Assembly (NCBI GenBank): GCA_052279835.1
Contig: CP181291.1
Span: 4,864,001 to 4,928,000, forward strand
Source: Microcoleus sp.
GTDB taxonomy: Bacteria > Cyanobacteriota > Cyanobacteriia > Cyanobacteriales > Microcoleaceae
Direction: 5' to 3'
DNA length: 64,000 nucleotides
The translations under genes were made by a program, and so were the position numbers. Shown here in pieces: positions 8,876-18,652 of this stretch (the stretch's first letter is position 1; every line of letters starts with the position of its first letter). The notes under the pieces were generated by a model. It saw nothing but the letters and a program-made list of their open reading frames with translations. It was not told where the DNA came from and ran no database searches.

Positions 8876-11800
8876 TCAATCTCTGAATTTTTCATGTATA
8901 AAAAATGCTTTACCATGCCAACCATAGGAGAAAAATTCAGAATATGTAAATGGACTTGCTTCGGAATCAAAAATTTCCGATAATGCTCTCCGCTCTCCTT
9001 GGTAAGGGCTTGCCTTACTACAGTTAAAATCATCAAACATAATCACACAACCATCTTGTATGATTTTCCTCTCAACAAGTTTCTCCAAAACATACTTTGT
9101 TGAAGAGTACAAGTCACAATCAATATGAACCAGAGATGCCTTACAATTTGCTAAAAAACTGCTTTCTAATGTGTCCTCAAAAAAACCTTTGATAACTTTT
9201 GGGGGCCGAGTAATAATTCTACCTAACATTTTTTCAATTAACAGTTCTGTTCCCTTGGGAAGTCTTAAAAAACTTTTCCCCCAGGCTCTCACCGCCACCT
9301 CATGGCTTTTTAAATCAACACCAGATATTACAGGAAAACCCTCAAATGAATCGAATAGATACAATTGTGATTTTAAATTATATTCCTTCATTAAATTTGC
9401 CATTATTCTTGCAGTATATCCCCTATGAGTACCAAACTCTAAAATGCTATCTCCAGATATTCCCGTAGCATATATCAGATATTCAAAGCTTTTTCTAAAT
9501 GCTTCTGTATAAATCTCTAAACTATTATGATAACATTCTAGTGTTGCCACTTTTTCAAAAACTTCAATACCTCTTTCTTCTTCTCCCCCTTGTAAAAGTT
9601 TCATTGACTCTAAAATATCCAGCAGCACTTTACCTGCCGGCCAATCCGGTTGGCCTTCTATAGATTTTTGGCAGTTTTGAATAGCTTTCTCTAGATTGTC
9701 CTGTTCTGCAAATGCCATTGCTAAACACCAATAACCCAATACTAAATCAGGTTTAATTGTAACGGCGTGCTCATAGCTACTTATTGCCTCTTCTAAACGT
9801 CTTTGTTGGATGAGCGTATTCCCCATATGAATATATGTTTCGGCATTGTTAGGTTGCAAATTTAGCAACAGCTTATAAATTTTATTCGCATCATCTAATT
9901 TGCCTTGATTTGTCAAGGAAAAAGCAAAATTCATATGAACTATTGCACTAATTGGTTGTGCCAGAGTATTTGCTAAATGTAACCAAATTTCCCAGTTTTC
10001 GGGTAGCAGTTGGAATAGTGTTTGATAAGCCTGTATAGAGTTGAGAGTTTGACCTATGCTGCGTTGGTAAGTCATTGCAGCTTCTTTCCATTGACCGCTT
10101 TTTGCATAAAAATTTCCCAACTGTAAACCTACTTCACAATTATCTTGTTGTATTTTGAAGAGGTTTTCGTAGGCTGATATAGAGTCAGGCTTGAGTTCTA
10201 TGACTCTTTTATAGGCATCAATAGCAGCTTCCCGCTGATTTAGTTTTGCGTAAATATTTCCTAACATTAATAATATTTCAACGCTGTCTGGTTGAATAGC
10301 GATAATTTTTTGATAGGCTTCTACCCACTCTGGATTTAGTTGAATCACTTGTTGGTATGCTGCTACCGCGTCCTCAGACTCGTTAAGTCTCATGTGTGTA
10401 TTCGCCAAGTGCCACCACATATCCCAGCGAGAGGGCTGAATTTCTAGTACCTTTTGATAACCTTGAACAAAATCGGCATTAATATCAATCACTCGCTGAT
10501 AAGCTGCTAGGGCTTTTTCCTGTTCATTCTGCTTGGCATATAAGTTGCCTAATTGTATCCAGTTTTCGCAGTTGTTAGGCTCTATTCTTAATAAACTTTT
10601 ATAAGCATCCACAGAGTCTGGTTTTAATTCTATCACCCGCTGGTATGCTGCCAGAGCTTTTTCTTGTTGCTTTTGTTGGAGCAATAACTTTCCAAAATTA
10701 GACCAATGTTGCCAGTTCTCGGGCTGGATTTCTAGCAAGCGTTGGTAAGCTTCTACCCACTCTGGATTTAGTTGAATCACTTGTTGGTATGCTGCTACCG
10801 CGTCCTCAGACTCGTTAAGTCTCATGTGTGTATTCGCCAAGTGCCACCACATATCCCAGCGAGAGGGCTGAATTTCTAGTACCTTTTGATAACCTTGAAC
10901 AAAATCGGCATTAATATTAATCACTCGCTGATAAGCTGCTAGGGCTTTTTCCTGTTCATTCTGCTTGGCATATAAGTTGCCTAATTGTATCCAGTTTTCG
11001 CAGTTGTTAGGCTCTATTCTTAATAAACTTTTATAAGCATCCACAGAGTCTGGTTTTAATTCTATCACCCGCTGGTATGCTGCCAGAGCTTTTTCTTGTT
11101 GCTTTTGTTGGAGCAATAACTTTCCAAAATTAGACCAATGTTGCCAGTTCTCGGGCTGGATTTCTAGCAAGCGTTGGTAAGCTTCTACCCACTCTGGATT
11201 TAGTTGAATCACTTGTTGGTATGCTGCTACCGCGTCCTCAGACTCGTTAAGTCTCATGTGTGTATTCGCCAAGTGCCACCACATATCCCAGCGAGAGGGC
11301 TGAATTTCTAGTATCTTTTGATAACCTTGAATAAAATCGGCATTAATATCAATCACTCGCTGATAAGCTGCTAGGGCTTTTTCCTGTTCATTCTGCTTGG
11401 CGTATAAGTTGCCTAATTGTATCCAGTTTTCGCAATTATCCGGCTGTATTTCTAGCAAACTCTGATAAGCTTCCACATAATCGGGTTTTAATTCTATCAC
11501 CCGTTGGTATGCTGACAGGGCTTTTCCTTGTTGCTTTTGTTGACTCAATAACTTTCCTAACTGCGACCATTTTTCATAATTGTCCGGCTGGATTTCTAGC
11601 AAACTCTGATAAGCTTCCACACAATCGGGTTTTAATTCTATTACTCGCTGGTATGCTGCTATTGTATTACTTAGATTCAACATATCTCTTAGCCGCAGAG
11701 CATCCCCTAAGCTATAATGAATTTCATACTCCTCTGGTTCCAATTCAATAGCCTTTTGATAACAAGCGATCGCCTCATCCAATCTACCCATTTTTTTCCA

Positions 11801-12037
11801 AGCTTCCCCTAAACTGTAATGAACCCAAGGTGAAGATGAATTGAGTTCGATCGCACTCTGATAGGCATTAACAGCTTCTTCCCAACGGCCCAGCTTAGCC
11901 AAAGCATCCCCCAAGTTGTGGTAAGACCAATAAAAACTTGGGTTTTCCTCAATCGCTTGACGATAGGAGGCGATCGCTTCCTCCCATCTTCCTTCTAGCT
12001 TCAGTTTGTTTGCTGTATCAAAATAGCTTACTGTCAT
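8876..12037 (-). CDS. TPR-repeat protein with C-terminal TylF/MycF/NovP-type O-methyltransferase
   Basis: Long TPR array followed by ILEFGT, LFDSFEG, KGFF, VHIDCDLYSST and MFDDF. Confidence 0.85.
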   Translation of the reverse strand: MTVSYFDTANKLKLEGRWEEAIASYRQAIEENPSFYWSYHNLGDALAKLGRWEEAVNAYQSAIELNSSSPWVHYSLGEAWKKMGRLDEAIACYQKAIELEPEEYEIHYSLGDALRLRDMLNLSNTIAAYQRVIELKPDCVEAYQSLLEIQPDNYEKWSQLGKLLSQQKQQGKALSAYQRVIELKPDYVEAYQSLLEIQPDNCENWIQLGNLYAKQNEQEKALAAYQRVIDINADFIQGYQKILEIQPSRWDMWWHLANTHMRLNESEDAVAAYQQVIQLNPEWVEAYQRLLEIQPENWQHWSNFGKLLLQQKQQEKALAAYQRVIELKPDSVDAYKSLLRIEPNNCENWIQLGNLYAKQNEQEKALAAYQRVININADFVQGYQKVLEIQPSRWDMWWHLANTHMRLNESEDAVAAYQQVIQLNPEWVEAYQRLLEIQPENWQHWSNFGKLLLQQKQQEKALAAYQRVIELKPDSVDAYKSLLRIEPNNCENWIQLGNLYAKQNEQEKALAAYQRVIDINADFVQGYQKVLEIQPSRWDMWWHLANTHMRLNESEDAVAAYQQVIQLNPEWVEAYQKIIAIQPDSVEILLMLGNIYAKLNQREAAIDAYKRVIELKPDSISAYENLFKIQQDNCEVGLQLGNFYAKSGQWKEAAMTYQRSIGQTLNSIQAYQTLFQLLPENWEIWLHLANTLAQPISAIVHMNFAFSLTNQGKLDDANKIYKLLLNLQPNNAETYIHMGNTLIQQRRLEEAISSYEHAVTIKPDLVLGYWCLAMAFAEQDNLEKAIQNCQKSIEGQPDWPAGKVLLDILESMKLLQGGEEERGIEVFEKVATLECYHNSLEIYTEAFRKSFEYLIYATGISGDSILEFGTHRGYTARIMANLMKEYNLKSQLYLFDSFEGFPVISGVDLKSHEVAVRAWGKSFLRLPKGTELLIEKMLGRIITRPPKVIKGFFEDTLESSFLANCKASLVHIDCDLYSSTKYVLEKLVERKIIQDGCVIMFDDFNCSKASPYQGERRALSEIFDSEASPFTYSEFFSYGWHGKAFFIHEKFRD
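10317..11434. repeat. intragenic near-identical tandem repeat, 432-bp unit, ~2.6 copies
   Basis: CTACCCACTCTGG at 10321/10753/11185 and AGTTTTCGCA at 10561/10993/11425 give a constant 432-bp spacing. Confidence 0.95.
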
Positions 12038-12067
12038 TTTTCATCCTTCAGATATGCAGCCGACCTC

Positions 12068-13060
12068 TTACTCTTTATGGATATACACTAACGGCTCCTG
12101 CTCGATCGCAGACCAGTTACTTTCAACCCATTCTATCACCTCTTGCACCCCTTCTTCAAAGGAGACTTGAGACTGCCAACTAAGTTCCCGTTCTGCCCTT
12201 GAACAGTCTAGCAAATATTGGGAATCCTGCCCCAATCGCTCACCGACAATCTGAACACACTTATCAAAATCATACCCCATGCCAGCACAAACCTGACGTA
12301 CAATATCAGCAATTGTGCGATCGCTCGGAACGCTAAAGTGATAAGTTGCTGAGTTGCCTTGCTTCAAAGCCAACAATAAACCCTGGACAACATCTCGAAC
12401 ATGAATAAAGGACTTAACCGAGGTTCCCCCACCATGCAGTTCAATGGTTTTACCCATTTTTAGGTAAATTGCTGTTCTCGGAATAATCTTAAACAGTTGT
12501 TGATGCCTGCCGTACACATTTGTCGATCGGATAATAATCGCTGGAAACCCAAAGTTCTTGCTGATGCTATTCAGGTACATATCCGCTGCTGCTTTAGAAA
12601 CAGCATAGGGGGTACTGGGGTTGAACAGCGTCTCTTCCGTTACTCTATCCGCACAACTGCCAAAAATTTCCGCCGATGAAATGTGAACGTAGGACTTGAG
12701 ATAATCCCGACTTCTAAGCTGGTTGCACAACTTTACCACCGCCGTCGTATTAATGTCAAAATACTCAACCGGGCTGTAATTGCTCAACCCCACCTCACTC
12801 AAAGCAGCCACATTAATTACTACTTCGGGTTTGGTTGCGTCTAGCAGTTCTATCAGGCGATCGAATTCCCTGACACTATTAATTTGGTGGAAAGTAAAAT
12901 CAGGATTTTTACGTTGTTTGTAAGGCAGGAAAAAGTCTTTATATTCTGGCGATCTACTAACACCAATTACTTTATTATCGGGATCGTCCAACAAAGCATC
13001 TACAATGTGACAACCCGTAAAGCAATTACTGCCAATTACAACGTAAGTGGTTTTACTCAT
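12068..13060 (-). CDS. NAD-dependent NDP-sugar epimerase/dehydratase
   Basis: YAVSK catalytic motif, NVYG, FIHVRD; probable start ATG 13060 (ATGA overlap with upstream stop). Confidence 0.85.
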   Translation of the reverse strand: MSKTTYVVIGSNCFTGCHIVDALLDDPDNKVIGVSRSPEYKDFFLPYKQRKNPDFTFHQINSVREFDRLIELLDATKPEVVINVAALSEVGLSNYSPVEYFDINTTAVVKLCNQLRSRDYLKSYVHISSAEIFGSCADRVTEETLFNPSTPYAVSKAAADMYLNSISKNFGFPAIIIRSTNVYGRHQQLFKIIPRTAIYLKMGKTIELHGGGTSVKSFIHVRDVVQGLLLALKQGNSATYHFSVPSDRTIADIVRQVCAGMGYDFDKCVQIVGERLGQDSQYLLDCSRAERELSWQSQVSFEEGVQEVIEWVESNWSAIEQEPLVYIHKE

Positions 13061-14190
13061 TTCATCTCTCCTTTTAGATAGAACGATCGCACGCACTCGA
13101 TCATATAATCAATTTCATCTGAGGTGAGATGTTGGTGAGCTGGTAAAGTGATCGATACTTGAGAATCTCTTTCTGCTACTGGAAAGTCACCTTTCTTATA
13201 GCCCAAATGAGCAGCGGCTTTTTGCAAGTGAACGGGAATCGGATAATGAATTTTCGCTTCCACTCCATTTTCCTGCAAATAAGTCAGTAATTCATCTCGA
13301 TGTTCTACCCGTAAAATGTAGAGGTGGTAAACGTGCTTAACATTAGCTGGACGATGTGGAATATGAACGAACTCGCCTAAATCTGCAAAGGCGTCATCCA
13401 GCCTTTTCGCATTAGCAATTCTGGTATTAGTAATAAACTCAGTTTGGTCTATTAACCGATTGCCAATCACAGCTTGTAGAGAGTCCAAACGAGAATTATG
13501 ACCAAAAATTGCCACCTCGTCGCGGTTAATTAAACCGTGATTGCGGAACAATCGCAAATTTTCGTACAACTCTTGCGATCGCGTCACAATTATCCCACTA
13601 TCACCCCAAACATTCAAATTCTTTAACGGATGCAGCGAAAAAGCAGCCGCTTGTCCCCAACTACCCACATACTTGCCATCTCTACTGGCCGTAATTGATT
13701 GACAAGCATCTTCAATAACCAGCAAATTATGTTTTTCCGCAATCTTCATAATCGCTGGCATATCTGCCACATTGCCCGTGTAGTGGACGGGTAAAATCGC
13801 CTTCGTCCGGGGAGTAATTGCCGCTTCAATTAAGTTAACATCAATCGTATAACCTTCATCATTATCCACAAATACAGGAGTTGCCCCCGTCATCGCGATC
13901 GCGCCCACCGTAGCAATGAAAGTATTGGTTGTGGTAATTACCTCATCGCCAGGGCCAATCCCCAGCATTTTCATCGGTAAAATCAGAGCATCAGTACCCG
14001 AATTCACCCCAACCGCGTAAGGCATTTGGCAAAATTCAGCAAACCGACGTTCAAACTCAGTCACAGGAGCTCCCAGCGTAAAATCGCCGCTCAACACCAA
14101 TGCCCGCACGTCCGCCAGATAATCATCAACATTAGCAAACTGCCGATCGAGGTAAGAAAACTTGACTTGCATTCTCTGTTTTGTTAACAT
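13057..14190 (-). CDS. DegT/DnrJ/EryC1/StrS sugar aminotransferase
   Basis: VNSGTDAL, IEDACQ, FSLHPLKNL (PLP Lys), HYPIP. Confidence 0.92.
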   Translation of the reverse strand: MLTKQRMQVKFSYLDRQFANVDDYLADVRALVLSGDFTLGAPVTEFERRFAEFCQMPYAVGVNSGTDALILPMKMLGIGPGDEVITTTNTFIATVGAIAMTGATPVFVDNDEGYTIDVNLIEAAITPRTKAILPVHYTGNVADMPAIMKIAEKHNLLVIEDACQSITASRDGKYVGSWGQAAAFSLHPLKNLNVWGDSGIIVTRSQELYENLRLFRNHGLINRDEVAIFGHNSRLDSLQAVIGNRLIDQTEFITNTRIANAKRLDDAFADLGEFVHIPHRPANVKHVYHLYILRVEHRDELLTYLQENGVEAKIHYPIPVHLQKAAAHLGYKKGDFPVAERDSQVSITLPAHQHLTSDEIDYMIECVRSFYLKGEMK

Positions 14191-14199
14191 ATTTACCCT

Positions 14200-15351
14200 T
14201 CAATTACTACCATAAAACGCTTGAATACTGTCGCAAACACGTTCTAAGTGCTCCTCTGTTAACCCCTGATTTACTGGCAGACTTAAAATTAGATTAGCCT
14301 GTCGTTCAGTCACGGGAAAACTATCCTCTCCATATCCTAACTCTTTTCCGACCGTAGAGAAGTGGATAGGCACTGGATAGTGAACTGATGTACCTATTCC
14401 TCTTTCTCCCAGAAATTGCCGCAGTTCTTCACGGCGTTCTGCTTGAATAACAAAAGTGTGGTAAGCGCATTTTTCATGTTCTTTTTCCAGCGGCAATTTC
14501 ACCTGCTCAATTCCTGCCAATCTAGCCTGGTAATAACAGGCATTTTGGCGTCGCTGTTGAGTCCAAGCTTCGAGATAGCGTAATTTTACCAGTAAAATTG
14601 CAGCTTGCATCGTGTCTAGCCGAGAATTATGGGACCACATCACACAGTCATCGCGGGTGCGAAGACCTATATTCCGCATAATTTTCAACTTGTCATACAG
14701 TTCTGGATCGTTTGTTGTGAGAACTCCGCCATCGCCGCAAGCATTTAAAGTTTTCAGCGGGTGCAAACTAAACCCACCTATTGTACCAAATGAACCGACT
14801 CGCCGACCTTTATATTCAGCCAAGACTGCTTGAGCGGCATCTTCCACCACATATAATCCCTTCTCTTTTGCCAATTCCAAAATAGGCTCCATATCGCAGG
14901 GACGGCCTGTGAGGTGAACTGGTAAAATAGCTTTAGTTTTAGAAGTAATAGCTGCCGCAATTTTATCGGGATCGATATTATAATCATCCCGCACATCCAC
15001 AAAGACCGGTTTAGCTCCTAGAACTCTAATACAGGTTGCTGAAGCAATAAAAGAATTCGGTGCTGTAATTACTTCATCACCACTGCGGATTCCCAAAGCT
15101 TTCAGGGCCAAAATTAAGGCATCCGTACCTGAGTTAACGCCAACAGCATAGCGGACACCGCACATTTCTGCAAATTGACGCTCAAATTCCGATACTTGTT
15201 CACCTAAAATAAACTGCCCGCTGTCTAACACTTCGCTAATAGCTGCCAAGATTTCGGACTTGATTAGTGCGTGCTGTTGGGCTAAATCAACGTAGGGGAT
15301 TCGCTCTAACTGGGATTTAGGTTCGATAATTGGAGGATGGATCGTTGTCAT
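14200..15351 (-). CDS. DegT/DnrJ/EryC1/StrS sugar aminotransferase (second paralog)
   Basis: VNSGTDAL, VEDAAQ, FSLHPLKTL, GDGG. Confidence 0.92.
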   Translation of the reverse strand: MTTIHPPIIEPKSQLERIPYVDLAQQHALIKSEILAAISEVLDSGQFILGEQVSEFERQFAEMCGVRYAVGVNSGTDALILALKALGIRSGDEVITAPNSFIASATCIRVLGAKPVFVDVRDDYNIDPDKIAAAITSKTKAILPVHLTGRPCDMEPILELAKEKGLYVVEDAAQAVLAEYKGRRVGSFGTIGGFSLHPLKTLNACGDGGVLTTNDPELYDKLKIMRNIGLRTRDDCVMWSHNSRLDTMQAAILLVKLRYLEAWTQQRRQNACYYQARLAGIEQVKLPLEKEHEKCAYHTFVIQAERREELRQFLGERGIGTSVHYPVPIHFSTVGKELGYGEDSFPVTERQANLILSLPVNQGLTEEHLERVCDSIQAFYGSN

Positions 15352-15378
15352 TGTTAATAAAGTTTAATTGGGTGAGTA

Positions 15379-16455
15379 TTAAAACGGCCCAGTAAATCTT
15401 TTATCTGGAACATCCAGGGGATTTTCCCGCACAATTCCCAATTGTGTTTCTGTTTGCACGACCAAACCCATCATCGTGCGGGCAGCATTTACAATGTCAA
15501 CAGCGCGGGGGTAGTAATCGTTGGCGATCGCCGGACTAGATGGTGCGTACACATCAGGAAGAGCGATACGTTTGGGACTGCATTTAAGAAAAGGATAAGC
15601 TTCTTCTGCCACAATTGCTAGGATTTCGCTGGCAAAACCCAAGGTTCGCCAAGCTGCATCGGCTGCAATCAGTCTCCCGGTTTTGCGTACTGATTCCAAA
15701 ATAGTTTCGGTATCTAAGGGTTTGAGCGATCGCACATCCACGATTTCTGCTTCTATCCCGTCTCGCGACAACAACTCAGCAGCCCGCAACGCTTCCAGCG
15801 TCATGTAAGAAGTTGAAACAATCGTTACATCATGACCTTCTCGGATTTTCCGAGCTTTGCCAAGTGGGACGCGGTACATTTCCTCTGGTACTGGGCCAAA
15901 AATTTGGTGCAGCCAGCGATGTTCAAAAAATATGACTGGGTTATTGTCTTCGATCGCGGCAATCAGCAACCCCTTAGCATCATAAGGCGTTGTCGGCATC
16001 ACCACTTTTAACCCCGGCACATGAGCAAACCAAGCTTGCAGACTTTGGGAGTGCTGCGGCCCTTGACCCCAACCCCGACCGATGACTAGGCGAATCACCA
16101 GGGGAACAGATGCTTTGCCACCAAACATATAGTGCCACTTAGCGGCGTTGTTCACCATTTGATCCATTGCTAGTAGGGCAAAGTCTACTCGCTGATGCAC
16201 CAAAACCGGGCGCATTCCCGCTAGTGCAGAACCAATTGCCACGCCAGTCATACCATTTTCAGCTAACGGCATATCCAGCACCCGTTCTTTGCCGAATTTC
16301 TCCCGCAGTCCCAAAGTAGTGCCAAAAATGCCTTTAGGATCGGGAACCCCTTCTCCCATGACATAGACGGCCGAATCTGCGACCATCGCCTGAGTAAGAG
16401 CTTCTTTAATTGCCTGAGCAAAGGTTAGTTCGCGTTGGGTCATAGTCGGATTCAT
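15379..16455 (-). CDS. TPP-dependent alpha-ketoacid dehydrogenase E1 beta-like subunit
   Basis: DMPLAE, GPQHSQ, PGLKVVMP, NPVIFFEH. Confidence 0.9.
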   Translation of the reverse strand: MNPTMTQRELTFAQAIKEALTQAMVADSAVYVMGEGVPDPKGIFGTTLGLREKFGKERVLDMPLAENGMTGVAIGSALAGMRPVLVHQRVDFALLAMDQMVNNAAKWHYMFGGKASVPLVIRLVIGRGWGQGPQHSQSLQAWFAHVPGLKVVMPTTPYDAKGLLIAAIEDNNPVIFFEHRWLHQIFGPVPEEMYRVPLGKARKIREGHDVTIVSTSYMTLEALRAAELLSRDGIEAEIVDVRSLKPLDTETILESVRKTGRLIAADAAWRTLGFASEILAIVAEEAYPFLKCSPKRIALPDVYAPSSPAIANDYYPRAVDIVNAARTMMGLVVQTETQLGIVRENPLDVPDKRFTGPF

Positions 16456-17417
16456 GCGTAGATATGCTGGAAGAGAATTTGCGGATCTGGGAATGGACTA
16501 CTTTTGGCAAAGCTGACCGCTTCCTCTACCTCAGAGGAGATTACCCCGATCATCTCCTCCAGGTCTTGTGCTGTCAGAATCCCTTGCTCTAGTAACTGAG
16601 CTTGGGTGCGTTGAATAGGACAACGAACTTTCCACTCTTGAAATTCAGCTTCCGTGCGATAGCCCAAGTCATTGTCGTAGTTGGGGCCACAATGTTCCCG
16701 CCACCGATATGTTTTGAACTCTAGAAAAGTTGGCCCACCACCACTCCTTGCCCGTTGCACTGCTTCAGCCGTCATTTGATAAACTGCTGCAACATCATTT
16801 CCGTCCCCTTGAAAGCTTGGAATATTGTGAGACTTGGCTAGAGCATACACTTCTCGCCCTAGGGGTTGGCGTTCGCTCATCCCCGTGTACACGGAGTACA
16901 AGTTGTTTTCGCAAACAAAAACCACAGGTAGATTTTTTAACGCAGCGAAATTAGCACTTTCGTGAAAAACGCCTTCCTCTGTGGTTGCTTCTCCGAAGAA
17001 TACCACCACTACTTTGTTTAATCCTTGCATGACGGCTCCCATAGCAGCGCCTACCGCCACAGGTATTGTGCCGCCGACAATGGGAGCAGAACCCATAAAT
17101 CCGGCCTCCAAATCGATCAAGTGCATCGACCCTCCTTTACCTTGACAGCAACCGGTGGCTTTACCGTACATCTCAGCTAAAAAAGCTTTTAAGTTGCCTC
17201 CGGCTGCTAAATAGTGACCGTGAGCTCGGTGATTGCTAAAAACGGCATCAGTCGGGTAAAGCGTGGCACAAACGCCAGCGGCGATCGCTTCTTGACCGAT
17301 AGACAAATGTATCGGGCAGCGCATTTCCTGTTGAGGATAGAGTTCAACAATTTTCTCCTCTACCAGGCGGATGCGGAGCATGGAGAAAAATAGTTGTTTG
17401 TGCAATTCGGGAGGCAT
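16452..17417 (-). CDS. TPP-dependent dehydrogenase E1 alpha-like subunit
   Basis: HLSIGQEA, GKGGSMH, GEA...ENN TPP motif, TYRWREH; ATGA overlap with beta. Confidence 0.9.
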   Translation of the reverse strand: MPPELHKQLFFSMLRIRLVEEKIVELYPQQEMRCPIHLSIGQEAIAAGVCATLYPTDAVFSNHRAHGHYLAAGGNLKAFLAEMYGKATGCCQGKGGSMHLIDLEAGFMGSAPIVGGTIPVAVGAAMGAVMQGLNKVVVVFFGEATTEEGVFHESANFAALKNLPVVFVCENNLYSVYTGMSERQPLGREVYALAKSHNIPSFQGDGNDVAAVYQMTAEAVQRARSGGGPTFLEFKTYRWREHCGPNYDNDLGYRTEAEFQEWKVRCPIQRTQAQLLEQGILTAQDLEEMIGVISSEVEEAVSFAKSSPFPDPQILFQHIYA

Positions 17418-17475
17418 GGTTATTTTACCTGAAAATTATAGACAAATAGGATACGCTTAATTGCCAACCATTTAC

Positions 17476-18474
17476 TTACTTCAGGTGAATTTCTTGCATG
17501 ACTTTAATATTGTAATAAAGGCTATCAGTCATCGGATTAGGAATCAAATTAGCATCAAACGCCTTCACCAAATCTTGCACTGCATCTTCAATTGTGTGCT
17601 GCGGCACAAACCCAAGTTCTTGCTTTATCTTCTCCGATGAAATGTGATAAGATCGGTTGTCATTGGTCGGAGTGCTGACAATCTCTACTTGTTTTCCTAC
17701 CACATTTCGCACCATTTGGGCAATTTGCATCACCGTATGATTTTCATAACCCGCGTTGAAAATTTTGCCGTCGATCGCCTCATCAGGCAATTCGAGGGAC
17801 TTGATATAAAGGTCTGTCATATCCTCGATGTGAATGTTTGGCCGCTTCTGTTCGCCGCCAAACACCGTGATTTTACCATTATTGACAGCGTGGTTAGTGA
17901 GAATATTCACTGTCAAATCCAGCCGCAAACGAGGGGAATAACCGCAGACGGTTGCCGGCCGCAGAATCAAGGTAACAAACCCCGGTTCGCGGTTCGCTAG
18001 CAACACATCCTCACACATTGCTTTATACTTGGAATAATCTGTTAAAGGTTGCAGTGGCAGTTCTTCGCTAACATTTTCGGTTTCTTTGATGCCGTACACG
18101 CTGGAAGAAGAAGCATAGATAAACCGTTTGACACCGCTGTTTTTGGCAACATCTACTAAGTCAACAAAAGCATCGTAGTTGATCGATTTACCGAGGTCTG
18201 GATCTAATTCAAAACTCGGATCGTTGGAAATGCAAGCTAGATGGATAACAGCATCGCATCCGGGTAGAATTTTTTCGAGCAATGGGCGATCGCGAATATC
18301 TCCCTTAATCTCTTCCAAACCGGAATGGCCTTTGACGGAGGATAGAACATCTTCTCCATAAATGTACAAATCCACAACCTTAACTCGATATCCAGCTTGC
18401 AGGAGTTTAGGGACTAGAACAGCCCCCACATAACCCGCTCCACCTGTGACTAAAACCTGTTGCATTTGATTCAC
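17476..18474 (-). CDS. NAD-dependent epimerase/dehydratase (extended SDR)
   Basis: TGGAGYVG, ASSSSVYG, YSKYK; start GTG 18474 or ATG 18465 downstream of GAGGAA. Confidence 0.9.
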   Translation of the reverse strand: MNQMQQVLVTGGAGYVGAVLVPKLLQAGYRVKVVDLYIYGEDVLSSVKGHSGLEEIKGDIRDRPLLEKILPGCDAVIHLACISNDPSFELDPDLGKSINYDAFVDLVDVAKNSGVKRFIYASSSSVYGIKETENVSEELPLQPLTDYSKYKAMCEDVLLANREPGFVTLILRPATVCGYSPRLRLDLTVNILTNHAVNNGKITVFGGEQKRPNIHIEDMTDLYIKSLELPDEAIDGKIFNAGYENHTVMQIAQMVRNVVGKQVEIVSTPTNDNRSYHISSEKIKQELGFVPQHTIEDAVQDLVKAFDANLIPNPMTDSLYYNIKVMQEIHLK

Positions 18475-18518
18475 CTTAAATTCCTCAATTACTTTCAACT
18501 TGGTAGTCCTGGACGCAT

Positions 18519-18585
18519 GGGGGCCGAGAAACCGGGTTTTTTCACGAAAAACTTTGTTGGAGCATCGCAGATTCGATAAAAAACC
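18519..18585. repeat. inverted-repeat dispersed element AGAAACCGGGTTTTT...AAAAACCCGGTTTCT
   Basis: 15-bp perfect inverted repeat; a half copy recurs at ~37727. Confidence 0.75.
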
Positions 18586-18652
18586 CGGTTTCTGACCACC
18601 CGTGGGGGCGAATAAACCCTTGACTGCCTTTCTTCCAGATTTATAATATTAA

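Noticed and set aside
15379..17417. Calling these pdhA/pdhB
   Set aside because: Sugar-cluster context, no E2/E3 and divergent motifs; gene symbols withheld
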